Assembly: GCA_024704765.1 (NCBI GenBank)
Contig: JAKMXF010000111.1
Span: 760,619-824,618 of the forward strand
DNA: 64,000 nt
Reading direction: 5' to 3'
Origin: Oopsacas minuta
Taxonomy: Eukaryota; Animalia; Porifera
A model generated the notes under the pieces. The model was given only the letters and a program-made list of their open reading frames with translations, had not been told where the DNA came from and searched no databases. Below, one piece after another: positions 1 through 11,999 of the stretch (position 1 is its first letter; every line of letters starts with the position of its first letter). The position numbers and the translations under genes were made by a program.

Positions 1-2725
1 TAGGTCTGAAACCTATTATCTGAAAAGCTTGATTGAATTTCTGTAAAGCTTCTTCATACCGTCCTTCTTTGCATAAGATGCAGCCTATAATTATGACATA
101 AAGTATCTGGTATTACTTATATATTCATTTATGAAAAAATTACACTATTTATACGCATAAATGCACTTAACACATAAGGGAAAATTTCGTTTGATAAAAG
201 AATTATTCAGGAATACAACTATAATAAATTCAAAGATCAGCTGTAGAGCTAAATCAATCAATTAAAAGTCAAATTAAATTACAAGAAACAAACAAATTAC
301 AGTTCTTAATTCAGAGAGTACAAATACTATTCTATTTCTCCTCAATTAGTTCTGCTGTAGGAGGGACATCTGATTCTCTTGGACTGTTGTCAGCAGAATA
401 GTTACGCTCTTGTTTCTTGATACAGTGAGTGGGTATAGGTAGCCTACTGTTAGATGATGAAGATGGGATAGGGAAACTATTTTTAGGCTTGTACTCCTGT
501 AAGCTAGGTTTTATGACAGTATTTGTCCTATAGAAGGGCTTATTGCTCTCAGATGTAGAGTTATTATTTGTAGATGGATTGTTTTTGCTAACTACCTTGC
601 TACTAACCTTATTACAACCAATACTGGGCTTGTTTGCTGCTCGAGTCTCACTGTCCGCAGATTTGCCTTTCTTCACTGTAGTTCTTTTCGTCACGGTCCT
701 TGAAGATTTTTGTATATCCATACTCGCTCCACGAATAGTCACATCTTCCCTCTGCTTACGAGGTGCCCTGTTGGTATGACGTATAAGAGAAGTAGGAGGT
801 TTTGTAGTAGGCTTATCATCAAGACTAATAAACATAAATCCTTCATCATTAGATCTAGAATTAAGGGCTGATTGCTGTCGTAATCTGTGAATAGCATCTG
901 TCTGCTTCTGTAATATATAAGGCAGCGATTTCCATCCTTCTGGATCATCTCTCTGAATTATTTGTACCATTCTACAGCAATAGTTTGTGCACTTATCATC
1001 AAGTACACTTAATCTACGTAGCACTGTTTCTTCATTCCACTGCACATCAGTTCCATGCTGGAGAATGGAATAGTTCGCTGAATAAATCTCACATATATTT
1101 TGTATGTTTAGATTAGCTCCAACGTATTTCAGTAGAGTACCCAGATTATCATAGAGCCATACAATCTTAGATACTTTTATGTCAGTTCTAATTAGACTCG
1201 TTATAAATTCTTTAAAGTTATTCAGTACATTTTCATTGAGCTCTTTTTGTAATTTATTCGCGAGAATGTATGCTTCAGATTTTGTGTTGGAACATACTGC
1301 AGCTTTTACCTTTTCTATTTCTTGCATATAAACTAAAGTTTTGCCATCTAACTTGTTTACCATCTTAACTACAATCTGGTATATCTCTTCCTTCGAGCGA
1401 GGAGATAGTCTAGTGTACTCAGACTTACTCCAAGCTTCTGAAAAATATCTTGCAAGCCAATCAACACATTTTGATTTTAGAGGTAGAAGTATACATTCAA
1501 AATCTCTTAGAACTGACATAACTTTTATTAGTTTATCTCGCGTTGGTTTGGTAAATCCTTCTATTACTTGGGTCTCATAATATTGGCCTGATTTATCTTT
1601 AAGCTGTTCTATATTGAAAAAGTCTGAAGCTTGAACGACTCGACTTATCTTCAACTTAGAATCAATCTCACAACATTCTGGGTTATTTAAGAATTTGAGT
1701 AAGAATAATAATACTTCGATATTCAACCAGTTAAAGGAAACTTTTCTTTCAATATTCTCCTTCCATAATGTAGAATGTTGAGACGATAATAGTAATCGAA
1801 AGAATTGACTGTTTTCTATGAGCATATTCTTTTCTACTCTACACGAACCATTATCTACTGCTATGATAATCTCATCTTCTCTCAGAACATTATTGAGAGA
1901 AAAAGCATTTTCTGTTGCAACTAAACTCATCGTGAATAATTCTAATCTCATTTAAAGGTATTTATATAAATCAAAGTGTGTAGAACTACCATCATAATCT
2001 ACAGTCAGTAAAATCAACAGCCACGTAGCATTATGTAGGGTATATCTGCACTGAAAGTGTATTTATAAATCGTATCGTGACGCTATACAATAGTAGAATG
2101 CATGAACTCACGTTACTCAGCAAAATCTACAGGAAATATTGCTGTTTAGGAAATGGGTAATATACTTACCTAAAGTATTGAGTGTATTGGGACTATCCTC
2201 AGCACATTGTTCAGCTAATGACATAGCATTCTGTAGATCTTCTTGTGCATAATGTATAGCTACTTTAAGCTGTAACACTCTATCCAGATAAGCTGGAGTT
2301 TCTATCTGATAGCAAGCCTTTATAGCCTCCTCGTAGTCACAGGCTTTGTATAGAGACTGAGCGTAGTAGAATCTGTAATCCTCTGAATCAGGGACTAGCT
2401 ATAATTGCATATTAATAATACTATACATAGAATGCCGGTTATAAGAACATGTATTTTGATACTCTTATAACCGACATCCATTGTATAGTGTTTACAGATA
2501 ATTAGTGATTACCGCTACAAGATCTTTGTATATAGCAGCTGCAGATTGGAAGTCTTGCAATTGATAATACGAATAAGCTAGCAGGGACATTGCTGCTCTA
2601 GAGTTAGGTGTCTGTAACAGCTGATCTGATAGAATATTCACAACATCTTCAAATCTCTTATCTTTAATCAGTTTATAAATTGTCTGAGTGAATTGTCCCT
2701 CTGGTACCTTTCTAACTCCTGCCAT
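1..2725 (-). CDS. IFT70: Intraflagellar transport protein 70 / TTC30 (TPR), partial; exons 2725-2513, 2398-2170, 84-<1
   Basis: Spliced translation MAGVRKVPEGQFTQTIYKLIKD...YKDLVA|LVPDSEDYRFYYAQSLYKAC...EDSPNTLNTLG|CILCKEGRYEEALQKF is colinear with the TTC30 N-terminus. Both introns are GT-AG with matching phases (0 and 1). Confidence 0.92.
332..1951 (-). CDS. BTB/POZ-domain protein with basic S/T-rich disordered C-tail; intronless, inside IFT70 intron 2
   Basis: 539-aa ORF. N-terminal VEKNMLIENSQFFRLLL...WKENIERKVSF...LLKFL...ASDFFNIEQLK fits a BTB fold followed by a helical region. Confidence 0.75.
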   Translation of the reverse strand: MRLELFTMSLVATENAFSLNNVLREDEIIIAVDNGSCRVEKNMLIENSQFFRLLLSSQHSTLWKENIERKVSFNWLNIEVLLFLLKFLNNPECCEIDSKLKISRVVQASDFFNIEQLKDKSGQYYETQVIEGFTKPTRDKLIKVMSVLRDFECILLPLKSKCVDWLARYFSEAWSKSEYTRLSPRSKEEIYQIVVKMVNKLDGKTLVYMQEIEKVKAAVCSNTKSEAYILANKLQKELNENVLNNFKEFITSLIRTDIKVSKIVWLYDNLGTLLKYVGANLNIQNICEIYSANYSILQHGTDVQWNEETVLRRLSVLDDKCTNYCCRMVQIIQRDDPEGWKSLPYILQKQTDAIHRLRQQSALNSRSNDEGFMFISLDDKPTTKPPTSLIRHTNRAPRKQREDVTIRGASMDIQKSSRTVTKRTTVKKGKSADSETRAANKPSIGCNKVSSKVVSKNNPSTNNNSTSESNKPFYRTNTVIKPSLQEYKPKNSFPIPSSSSNSRLPIPTHCIKKQERNYSADNSPRESDVPPTAELIEEK

Positions 2726-2928
2726 TCTACTTGCAATTAATAATTAGTTATTTTGAGTATTTCGGTATATTTGTATTCAATGTAACGGGAGTTGACTGTA
2801 GGTAATAAGCAAATAATGTTTCTTATTTTGTATTTTGTATTTATATTTATTGTTGGAAATAACAGTACTCGAGGCGAAAGACTTAAACTATATCGTTGAG
2901 ATAAAAATGCACAGCACGGTAGGGTATG

Positions 2929-5493
2929 TTAATAGACTTGTGGATTCTGTATATGAGTAGATAACGGTATGTCTGTATCATTATTATACTGAGAGGAGGT
3001 TCTTATCTTGTTGTACTTATGTTGTAGAGAATCAAACAGCTTCTGTACTTCTCTCTTTTCTCTATCTCCTCCAGTCTTTATTGCTTCATCAAGACTGAGA
3101 CAAACTCCAACCTGAATTTATTATAATTAAATCTATATACAGTGTACCCTCACAAACGGGGCCTGTAGAATCGGGGACTTCTGGAAACGGAATGAAAAAC
3201 ACAATATAGTGGATTCCTATTCTAATATAAATGAACCTCCACAAGCGGGGAAACAGGGTAGCATTTTCGGCGTCCCTGGTACCCCGTTAATTGAGGTTAC
3301 ACTATACTAACCTCTTGCTCTGTAGTATTATCAGCGTATGTAATAGATTTAGGAGATATGCTTGTTCCCTTCTTATTCATACAATTCTTCCTCTTAATAC
3401 ATTGCTTGTATCTTGCATCTAATGTATTCTGCTCACCACTTAGATCATATGAGAGAGCAGGTAGAGATAGAGGATGTTGTAGGAGATGAGCAAGTTGTCG
3501 TGTGTTAGAATTTATATTCTTATAACATTTGTCATTTGTCAGATATATATCATCTTCATTCTTTTCAAATATTTCTCTTAGTTCATCCATACACTCAGAG
3601 GGAAGAAGATCATAAAACTTGATCTTTTCGGTTAAATCAGTCTCAATAGTCTTACTCAACTCTTGATCTGTATCTACGTCATCTTTAGGGTCTCTCTCTG
3701 ATTGGGTCATGAAGAATGTTTCACGAGAAGGATCCAAGAACTGATGCTCTGGTATCAAACTCTGACTATCTGTATCCATGGTAGTCCTCCTGTGCTTGTA
3801 ATGAGGTGAGTCAGTAGACATTAACTCATTCATCTTGCCAGTGACTACTGTATACGGCCTTCTTCCTCTATGGGGCAAAGATGGGAACAATGACCTACCA
3901 CTCCCTTGAGGGGAGGTACCAGGATATGTCCTAGCCTGAGATACAGAAGTAACAGAAGATGATTGAGTATACACATCGTCTATCTGACTACTGATATTAG
4001 TAACGTCTCTATTCAGGGTAAGAGCTAGTGGCTTCTTAGCAGAGAGAGGAGGGAGAGTATCATTTATCTTGATTGGAGCAGATATAGCTGATATAACGCT
4101 AAGTTTATTAGCTCTCTTCTTAGCCTTCTCTCCGACTCCAGGGTCATCTATCAGTGTAACATTCTTTCCTTTATCTACTAACTCTGTGTGTAGGATTGGT
4201 GGAATACCTTTCTGTTGAGTAGTGATAGGGTTACCTTGTAATTTTATATACTTTAGAGATCTCCACTTAGAACAAGCTACTACATCCTCTGGGTAATATA
4301 GCAGGTTAGAACTCAGGTCTAATTCTACAAGGGATGGATATGGTCTGTTGCTATCAGGAGGCGGTCCCATATCTGATAGAGTAACAGCTGAATGGTGTCT
4401 AGGAGAGCCTCTACTGATAACTGAAATGTCAGAGAGAATCTTTGCTATATTATCTATGTTATCTCCTAATAGAAAACTAAAGTGATATAACGATTATGTT
4501 AAATCAGTAAGACTAATTACCTTTAGAATTGGCAGATAATTCTCTCTTATTTTCTATAGAATTTGTAGGGTTAACCAGTCTCTCCTGATCCTTACTCTCT
4601 AGTAAAGTATCCTCTACACCAATACCTTCTCCTAGACGTTCTATAACCTCCTTGGGTAGGAAGTGTAGATGAGGGAGAGAGAATATCTTATTGTTAGAAA
4701 GATTCAAATATTCTAGTTTCTTCAGTCCGGCTAGAATCGCGAATATTCTCACATCTTGTAAGAGATTGTGATCTAGCCATAACTTCTTGAGAAGAGGGAA
4801 TCTATCTCTCTGGGAAATTATATTACCAAAGTTGTCTATACTAATCAGCTGTCTAGCCATTTCTTCAGGGAGATTACGAATATCATTTCCACTCAAATGC
4901 AATTCTCTGAGACTGACTAATAATCCGATATTAAGCAGAGACTTACTGTCTATATTGTTACCAGATAGATCTAATATCTAAACAAACAATCAAATAGTAA
5001 TTGAATAAGATATACTTGTATATATATATATATATATATATACCTGTAGTTTGTTGAGATTATCCTCATGTAAGGTGATTTTAGATATCTGATTAACAGA
5101 CAGGTCTAGACATCTGAGGGCTGTCAGCTGGAAGAAAGCTTCTAACGGCAGTGAGTTATCAGACGCATCAACTTCTGTCAAATTTGCAAATGCATTCAAG
5201 TTACAATCCTCCTCTTCTTTCCACTCACACAGTTCCATCCCTGCTACATGAGCTATACAGAGGTCAAGCGGACTGGATATACCGTGTAGGTCCAATAAAA
5301 GTCTCTGGGAAAATATTAGAGGAATAAAGCTGTCAGACATAGGAGTATTAATGTTCCTACGGGAGGGAGGAGAGAGGGATCTGGGAAAAGCGCTGAGTAT
5401 TGCATGACACCTTTCTCTCTCAGCTGTCTTGAATGCCGTCAGCCACTCCCCACCCCCGCTACTAGCTCCTCCTAGCTTCCTAGCAGGAAACAT
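2929..5493 (-). CDS. XRRA1: X-ray radiation resistance-associated protein 1 (LRR); exons 5493-5044, 4977-4521, 4465-3312, 3111-2929
   Basis: LLLDLHGISSPLDLC...VDASDNSLPLEAF and FPLLKKLWLDHN...FAILAGLKKL match XRRA1-type LRRs. Three GT-AG introns join the ORF-track pieces in frame. Confidence 0.8.
3140..3304. mobile_element. MITE (Tc1/mariner-pogo type) in the last XRRA1 intron
   Basis: TA flanks both ends. Left CAGTGTACCCTCA versus reverse complement of right end TAGTGTAACCTCA (11/13). Confidence 0.6.
5019..5042. repeat. (TA)12 microsatellite in XRRA1 intron 1
   Basis: Direct reading of the sequence. Confidence 0.9.
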
Positions 5494-5634
5494 GCTACAC
5501 ACATTAATGTAGATAAATATAAAAGATCGATTCAATATATAAGGATTAACAGATAAACGAACAACCATTGGTATTATTAATAAGCAGCAAGTACCAGTAG
5601 CTAATAACAAGTAGATAGGAGTATGGATACAAGT

Positions 5635-8600
5635 TTATTCTATTGTCTCATGAGGCCGGAGGTAAGGGGTAGGGTCATCTATCTTTGTGACGTGTCTAGG
5701 AGACAATGCTAAGCTACACATAAGGCACATAGCACCCTCTTCATTAGTGTATTGAGATAATTCACTGAATAGAGCAGGGAAATGACAATGAGGACATCTG
5801 GTCCAATCTTCAAGAATCATATGTCTTCCTGTCTGGAGACAATAGGGTACATTGTTCTTACATTGAGGACAATCTAGCTGATACTCTGGTAGAGATGTGT
5901 GGCAGAAAGGACAAGGGAGGAGTGGTTCATTGACTTGTTCGTCTTTCTCAGATCCCCTCCTTACAATATTTTCTATATTATTTTTCCATTTAGCATCGAT
6001 CAGCTGTCTATATTCCGGTCGCATCAGCATAGCAGCATAAGTAAACGCGCTCTGTTTGAGACCAGCACGTTGACACTCAATAACAGTAGAAGTTAAGATC
6101 TGTACAACATGTGCTGGGAATTTACTGATACTCCCTGCTACACGAATAAGGAGGCGGGCAGCTTTAGCATGATCTTTCCTCTTTACATGAAATCTGACTA
6201 GAATGTAAGAGTGTAGTAACATTAATCCATTGAACATCTCATTAGGAACACGTATATGTTTATCTCTGAGCTCTCTATACATCTTAAGTAGCATATCTCT
6301 AGCATTACGATAGTTACCAGCTGCTTGATCCTCTCGTGCGATTATTATTGCGGTTCTAGCCGCCTCTCGGTACTGCTTGAGAGCCATATACAGCTGAAAC
6401 AGATATCTAGCATCCTTAGGCTCACCGTCAGTCTCACCCATAAGGAACCCGATCAGCTGATGAGTTAATCCATCATTTTCAGCTTTCCCCACTGTCTCTA
6501 TAGCTAATGCTATAGTATCTTTATCAGCTAGTCCAGTAGGAGCCATGAGAAAATGCTGTAAGGCTTTTGAATGGTCACCACAACGTAAATAGAATACACC
6601 AGCTAAATAATGCTCCCTACTATCATCGAAATATCTAGCTATCCTCAGATTGTCCTCTAGACTAGCTCTGTCTCCGATAATCTCTGCAAACCTTTTCATT
6701 TCGTTCTGTTGTAGTGCCATCTGAAATGCTTCATCCACACATTTGCTTAGAACTAAGAACTCTACTGCTTCAGCGAATTGACCTCTTCTCTGATAGTGTC
6801 TAGCTACTAACTTAGCTCCCTCATGAGATTCAGATTCCTGAGCTACTCTCACTGCTTCCTCCACTGTTCCTAGATTCTCCAGATTAATTCGGATTATACT
6901 CTCGTAGTCTCCAGCTTGTTCATAAGCTCTTATTGACTCTGCATAACTACCATCTACCTCCTTGGCCTTTGCATACTGAGCGTGTATCTTTGGTGACGTC
7001 ACCTGAGTGAGCAGGTTGCCTACTTTGTTCCATTGCTTCAGACGAGCGTATACAGAAGCAGCTCTCTCGAATTCTCTCGCCTCTTCGTACAGTTGTCCTG
7101 CTTGTCCGTATAACTTTAGATTTTCTAACAGCTGAGCACATTCCTGTTTAACCAGCTGAGACGGATGTTGTCTAGCTAGATTCTCACCTCGTGATATCTC
7201 TCCTACTCTTACAGAGTTCCTAGCCATACCTGCTTGACAGAGCAGATCATTTTCTCTATCCTCATCACGACCTGTCACACCTCTGTCATAGTTCTCTAAC
7301 GCTCCACTATAGTCTCCCTGGAACTCTAGCTGCTGAGCGTACTCGCGACTTATAGCAGGTATCTGTTCGGGAGATAGAGCTCTAGCCAGCTGTAATGCCT
7401 GATCCCAATGGAGCAGGTCTCTACGCATACTGAGGGCGGCTTGTGGTTGAGAGGATCGTAACATAACATCTTGTGCTGAATCAAATTCTCCTCTCAAAGC
7501 CAACAGGTGACCAGCTAACAGATTCTTATCTTCAACAGAGATAAGAGATTCTAATGAAAGTACCATCCCTCCCTCTCCCTCTTCTCTATAAGCCCGCTGA
7601 GCTAATTCTACCTCCAACAGGTAGATGGAACGCTCTGCTATCTGTCTCCATCCATTCTTATTGTTAAGTGAGTGAGCTAGACTCCAGGACTCCCTGAACC
7701 TATTCAGACGTAGTGCTTGTTCCAATGACTCCTCCAAGAACTGTTCCTCTACGAAATGGTTAAGATTATCTCCCATCGTATCTTCCGGCTGTTTGTGTGA
7801 CATCATCTGGAAACTGACTATCTTCCCATGAGCATTTAAGCACCAAATCTCTCCCCCGTACAGCAGCAGAGGTTTGTATCCCTCACCCAAACTAGTCTCA
7901 CCCAGATACTCACACTGAGCTCCGTATATACTCTCTCTAAGATACATATAGCCTCTCACTTGATTCTGCTCTTGTGTAGCAAACACTCCTCTATCCAGAG
8001 GAGACTGATCCCAGAGTACTCCCTTTGTTCCTGCACCCAAGTTAGGTATTTCTACGAGGGAATCATCCAGTGGACTATACACATACCCGTCCCCCTTATC
8101 ATCTGTGAGTGTGAGACGTGTACCGCTAGGGTCAGGTGCTAATAACCGCACTCCTACCTCGTGTTTATACTCTGATACTAACTGCCACTCCTCTAGATAG
8201 AAGTAGTGAATACCTCCTTGATCTGTTCCGTATATTAGAAAGTCCTGTGTTAACTCACAACAAACAATAGCCCCCTTTCCAGCAGGTCCCGGGAATATTC
8301 GTGACTCTCTGCTCTCCTCGGCCTCTACACACTCATCAACTAGATGTAGCAGTATTTTATCCTCAAATAATACTGCTGCATAATCTCCACATACTTTAAC
8401 ACAATGCACATTCCCTAAATACTCTCTGTCACTAATCTCCTCCCATCTATCTTCATGTAACTCAAAGAACCAAACTCTGTTATTCATTCCTACAGCCATG
8501 ACGTCAGCCCCTACCCCCAAGAACTGAGGCTCTACTGGTACCCTGATACGTAGCATAGTACCATCTTGCTGTGATGGATCGAATGTAGTCACCTCAGTGA

Positions 8601-9717
8601 GAGAGGTCAGATAAGCTACACGTGTCTGGCAGGCTGCACCTAGCACTGTAAGAGAGGCTAAATAAGTGAACACAGTTCCATCAGCAGTAGATACACTTAA
8701 CAACTGTCCATCATCTGTCCAGGTCATCTTCTCTAATCTACCCATCTCTTCATCTACTGGGAGAATAACAAGGGCTTCTTTAGGGTCTGATAAGTCTACA
8801 AGGGTGATCTGTTGAGGAGAAGACCCCACACTAGCAACTTTGCTAGCTCCTGACACTACAAATCCATCTAGAGAGTTCTTATGTGGACGACTTTGTGATA
8901 ATTCGTGTCCTATCTCAGTGGGGTGTGTCGATACCACTACAGTAAATCCGTTAGAGAATGCTATACACAAATACCCATCTCCATACCAGGCATAGTCTAC
9001 GATATCCCCGTATGCATTCTGGAATGCTAGTTCTACTTGGACCTGTCCTGGAGGGTCACCAGAGGAAGGGGTGCTCCCTTCTGTGTCCCATAAGAATAGT
9101 GTCCTACGCCCCAACACAGCACTCACGCTAGTCTCAAACAAAGCTTTATTAGCATCTCTCTTCATGTTAGATAGACGTATGTTATTTGGTTCTAATCTAA
9201 CACTAATCTTTTTCAACTCATCACCATCTACTGAATTCAACGATATAGTCTTATCATCAGAGCCTAGCACTATCTGATTCTGAGAGTTCCAAGCACCACA
9301 TGTAATTCTCTTGCTATGTTTTCCTATAACAGGCACCTTCTTAGAGCTCTGATGGTTATACACGATAAGACTACCTTTAGAAGTACCTACAGCTAAGTGA
9401 GAGCTCACTTTAGACCAAGAGCACCAAGTCAACTGATCTTTCAGGTTAGCATCTACCTGCAGAAGTTTCTGTAAGTGAGCTTCCCATAGATATATAACTG
9501 TATTTCTATCATGTAACACTGCTAGCACGTCTCCATCCTTTTGCCAGTCCATGTAACCAAATACCCCAGGGAGAGAAATCTCTCTCCTCATATCCCCGTG
9601 TCTGGCGTATAACTGAACTCTATGGGAAGTAGCAACTGCTAAGAAGTTCCCATGCCTCTTCTGCCATTGAATACGGACAGGTCCGTTGGAACCGTCAATA
9701 GTAAATACACGCTTCAT
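5635..9717 (-). CDS. WDR19: WD repeat protein 19 / IFT144 (IFT-A core), intronless
   Basis: MKRVF start, N-terminal WD40 repeats, TPR region, YLFQLYMALKQYREAARTAIIIAREDQ, and C-terminal CPFC/CPQC zinc fingers. Confidence 0.96.
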   Translation of the reverse strand: MKRVFTIDGSNGPVRIQWQKRHGNFLAVATSHRVQLYARHGDMRREISLPGVFGYMDWQKDGDVLAVLHDRNTVIYLWEAHLQKLLQVDANLKDQLTWCSWSKVSSHLAVGTSKGSLIVYNHQSSKKVPVIGKHSKRITCGAWNSQNQIVLGSDDKTISLNSVDGDELKKISVRLEPNNIRLSNMKRDANKALFETSVSAVLGRRTLFLWDTEGSTPSSGDPPGQVQVELAFQNAYGDIVDYAWYGDGYLCIAFSNGFTVVVSTHPTEIGHELSQSRPHKNSLDGFVVSGASKVASVGSSPQQITLVDLSDPKEALVILPVDEEMGRLEKMTWTDDGQLLSVSTADGTVFTYLASLTVLGAACQTRVAYLTSLTEVTTFDPSQQDGTMLRIRVPVEPQFLGVGADVMAVGMNNRVWFFELHEDRWEEISDREYLGNVHCVKVCGDYAAVLFEDKILLHLVDECVEAEESRESRIFPGPAGKGAIVCCELTQDFLIYGTDQGGIHYFYLEEWQLVSEYKHEVGVRLLAPDPSGTRLTLTDDKGDGYVYSPLDDSLVEIPNLGAGTKGVLWDQSPLDRGVFATQEQNQVRGYMYLRESIYGAQCEYLGETSLGEGYKPLLLYGGEIWCLNAHGKIVSFQMMSHKQPEDTMGDNLNHFVEEQFLEESLEQALRLNRFRESWSLAHSLNNKNGWRQIAERSIYLLEVELAQRAYREEGEGGMVLSLESLISVEDKNLLAGHLLALRGEFDSAQDVMLRSSQPQAALSMRRDLLHWDQALQLARALSPEQIPAISREYAQQLEFQGDYSGALENYDRGVTGRDEDRENDLLCQAGMARNSVRVGEISRGENLARQHPSQLVKQECAQLLENLKLYGQAGQLYEEAREFERAASVYARLKQWNKVGNLLTQVTSPKIHAQYAKAKEVDGSYAESIRAYEQAGDYESIIRINLENLGTVEEAVRVAQESESHEGAKLVARHYQRRGQFAEAVEFLVLSKCVDEAFQMALQQNEMKRFAEIIGDRASLEDNLRIARYFDDSREHYLAGVFYLRCGDHSKALQHFLMAPTGLADKDTIALAIETVGKAENDGLTHQLIGFLMGETDGEPKDARYLFQLYMALKQYREAARTAIIIAREDQAAGNYRNARDMLLKMYRELRDKHIRVPNEMFNGLMLLHSYILVRFHVKRKDHAKAARLLIRVAGSISKFPAHVVQILTSTVIECQRAGLKQSAFTYAAMLMRPEYRQLIDAKWKNNIENIVRRGSEKDEQVNEPLLPCPFCHTSLPEYQLDCPQCKNNVPYCLQTGRHMILEDWTRCPHCHFPALFSELSQYTNEEGAMCLMCSLALSPRHVTKIDDPTPYLRPHETIE

Positions 9718-9890
9718 TCTAACAAGCAAAATTCGAAATATAAATAAAACAGGAATCTGAGTATTACATAACAATATGATGAGTCATATTAATATTACAA
9801 ATTACTAGTATTCGTATTGAAACAAGAAGCGAACTTATTTCATAATCAGTAAGTACAGATTAATGATAGATACGATTAAGTCTTGATATA

Positions 9891-10762
9891 CTATCCCACT
9901 ACTAAGTTATCTCCATCAATTTCATAGGGCGGTACCTCTAGATTCAGGGGGGCAGGTCCCTTCCTGATCCTCCCAGAGGCGTCATAATGAGACCCATGAC
10001 AGGGACAGAAGTATCCGTTAAAGTCCCCTGCGTGAGAAATCGGTACACACCCCAGATGTGTACACACACCTATGAGTACCAGCCATTTCGGCTCTGAGGC
10101 TCTTTCTGAGTCATGTTGTGGGTCTCTGAGATCCTCCATTGGTGTGCTCAGCATATCATCAACCTCTTCATCAGTCCTGTGTCGGACAAAAAGAGGTTTG
10201 CCTCTCCATTTTACGATGAGTCCCTTCCCCTCTGGAATACCAGACAAATCAACTTCAGCCTGAGCAAGAGCCTTCTCACTAGCAGCCATTGACATGGTAG
10301 AAAGGAGAGTATTAACGATAGTCTTACCCATACTCACAGCTACTATTCCGCCAGCTGCTACTATAAGATACGTGAATGCTTTACGAGATATCTCTCTATC
10401 CTCTTTGTCCTCTAGTGTCTTTTTAAGGGAAGATTTCCTTCGGTAGTAAGAGAAATCGGGGGTAGGGATATCTGTGTGAGCGAAGCGCTTCTGTATAAAG
10501 ATGTGATGTGACCTAGTTGACAGAGGGTAGGGGAGAGGAGGAGGGATAGCGAGACCACAAGAAGGGTTCACTTCCTCAGAAATACGATGCTGAGGAGTGT
10601 ACGCGATAGGAATGTGGGGTGATGTCAGACCGTATGCTTCTACAAAATAAATTTATATTATTTAATAACAGTAAGAAAATTATGAGCAATATAATCTATA
10701 AGTATATTACCTGCTATACGGATGTTGAATCTTTTAGGACGTAAGAGCCGAGTTGTTATCAT
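9891..10762 (-). CDS. UQCRFS1: Cytochrome b-c1 Rieske iron-sulfur protein; exons 10762-10711, 10639-9891
   Basis: CTHLGC and CPCHGS Rieske motifs, TM helix, basic presequence in exon 1 (MITTRLLRPKR). The phase-1 intron keeps the frame. Confidence 0.96.
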
Positions 10763-10932
10763 TAAGCTAATTACGATGAAGATATTGTGACGAAACAATA
10801 ATTATAAGCAATAATGACAGATAATAATTATTTGTATTTTGCATTATTTAGATCAAAAATATTAAATAAATGATCTTTGCCTTGTTTTCCTACGTAACTA
10901 AGATTGTTGAAAATAATGAATAGAATTCCCAG

Positions 10933-11767
10933 CTAATCATAAAACCTGACAGCTAAGAAATAAACATCCTCAGGATGAGAAAATCCAAACTTTTCGTAAT
11001 ACGACTTTAGTTTAGGATCACAGTCAAGAGAAATTTTATAACAAGGAAGATCTTCTGCGATTTTTATCAGGCATTCTATTAGCAGTTTTCCAAGTTGTTT
11101 TCCTCTGTAATCAGGGTCAACAACAACATCTTCTATCCTACCTCTCAAAGCTGCTCCGTGAATAAATTTATATTCTATGTATAATGTAGTAGATGCGATT
11201 ATTTTACCTGCGAAAGTAATGCAATAATATATGGGATTGTTGCAGTAATTTTGTACACAAACAACTCCCGTTACCGAAGCTCTAATGACCGCAATAATTA
11301 CTTCGATAAGCGGAGTTCGATATGAAATTTAAGTTACTTTGATATTGGTACTTTGGTTTGAGACCATATTTGTACAAGTTCAGACTTCGGTGGTAAGCGG
11401 GGGGTATTGCGATATAACAGGAGTTGACTGTGATTACATTTCTGTGGAATAATAAAGATTACCAACATTTCATTATATCTTCAACAACTGCAATGTAATA
11501 AGTATTAATACTGTCCTTCATTTTCCTGAACTGAGCTTCATACATTTCCTTACTAACCTCTCCCACTTTAGTCAGGTTAGCCAGTAATCCAATATACCCT
11601 TTATCATAATCTAGAATACTCAGAGGTCTTAGTACCAACCCTTCTCCTGGAGAGGTTGGTGTTATCTCAGGAGATAGATTAGATTTCCGCTTGGAAATGT
11701 CAACTTTATTTAGAATATCTGGGTTGAATAGGTATAAATCCGATTTTTCAGTGGTATTAGAAGCCAT
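10933..11767 (-). CDS. GNPNAT1: Glucosamine-6-phosphate N-acetyltransferase; exons 11767-11467, 11207-10933
   Basis: LVLRPL...DYDKGYIGLL, IEYKFIHGAALRGRIEDVVV, RGKQLGK, YKISLDC. Confidence 0.93.
11258..11430. mobile_element. MITE family A copy (CAGTCAACTC termini) in GNPNAT1 intron; left end degraded
   Basis: Right end CGATATAACAGGAGTTGACTG. Internal GAAGCTC...CCGC and CATATTTGTACAA are shared with copies at 27820 and 36865. Confidence 0.65.
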
Positions 11768-11999
11768 TTGGTGAACTAATCTACAATCTATTATTCTCAT
11801 ATAATATATTGAAAATTTTTATTACGTAATACCCAATTATTCCAAGATTTATTATATTTGGGGTCATTTAATTAATATTACCAGCTGGCTCAGGTTCAGG
11901 TAACTCATTAATCATAATTCACACCTTATATCCCAAATGATATTACTCATTCGTTTCTAACGGCTAATCAGAAGAAATTATCATATGAATTCTAATATA

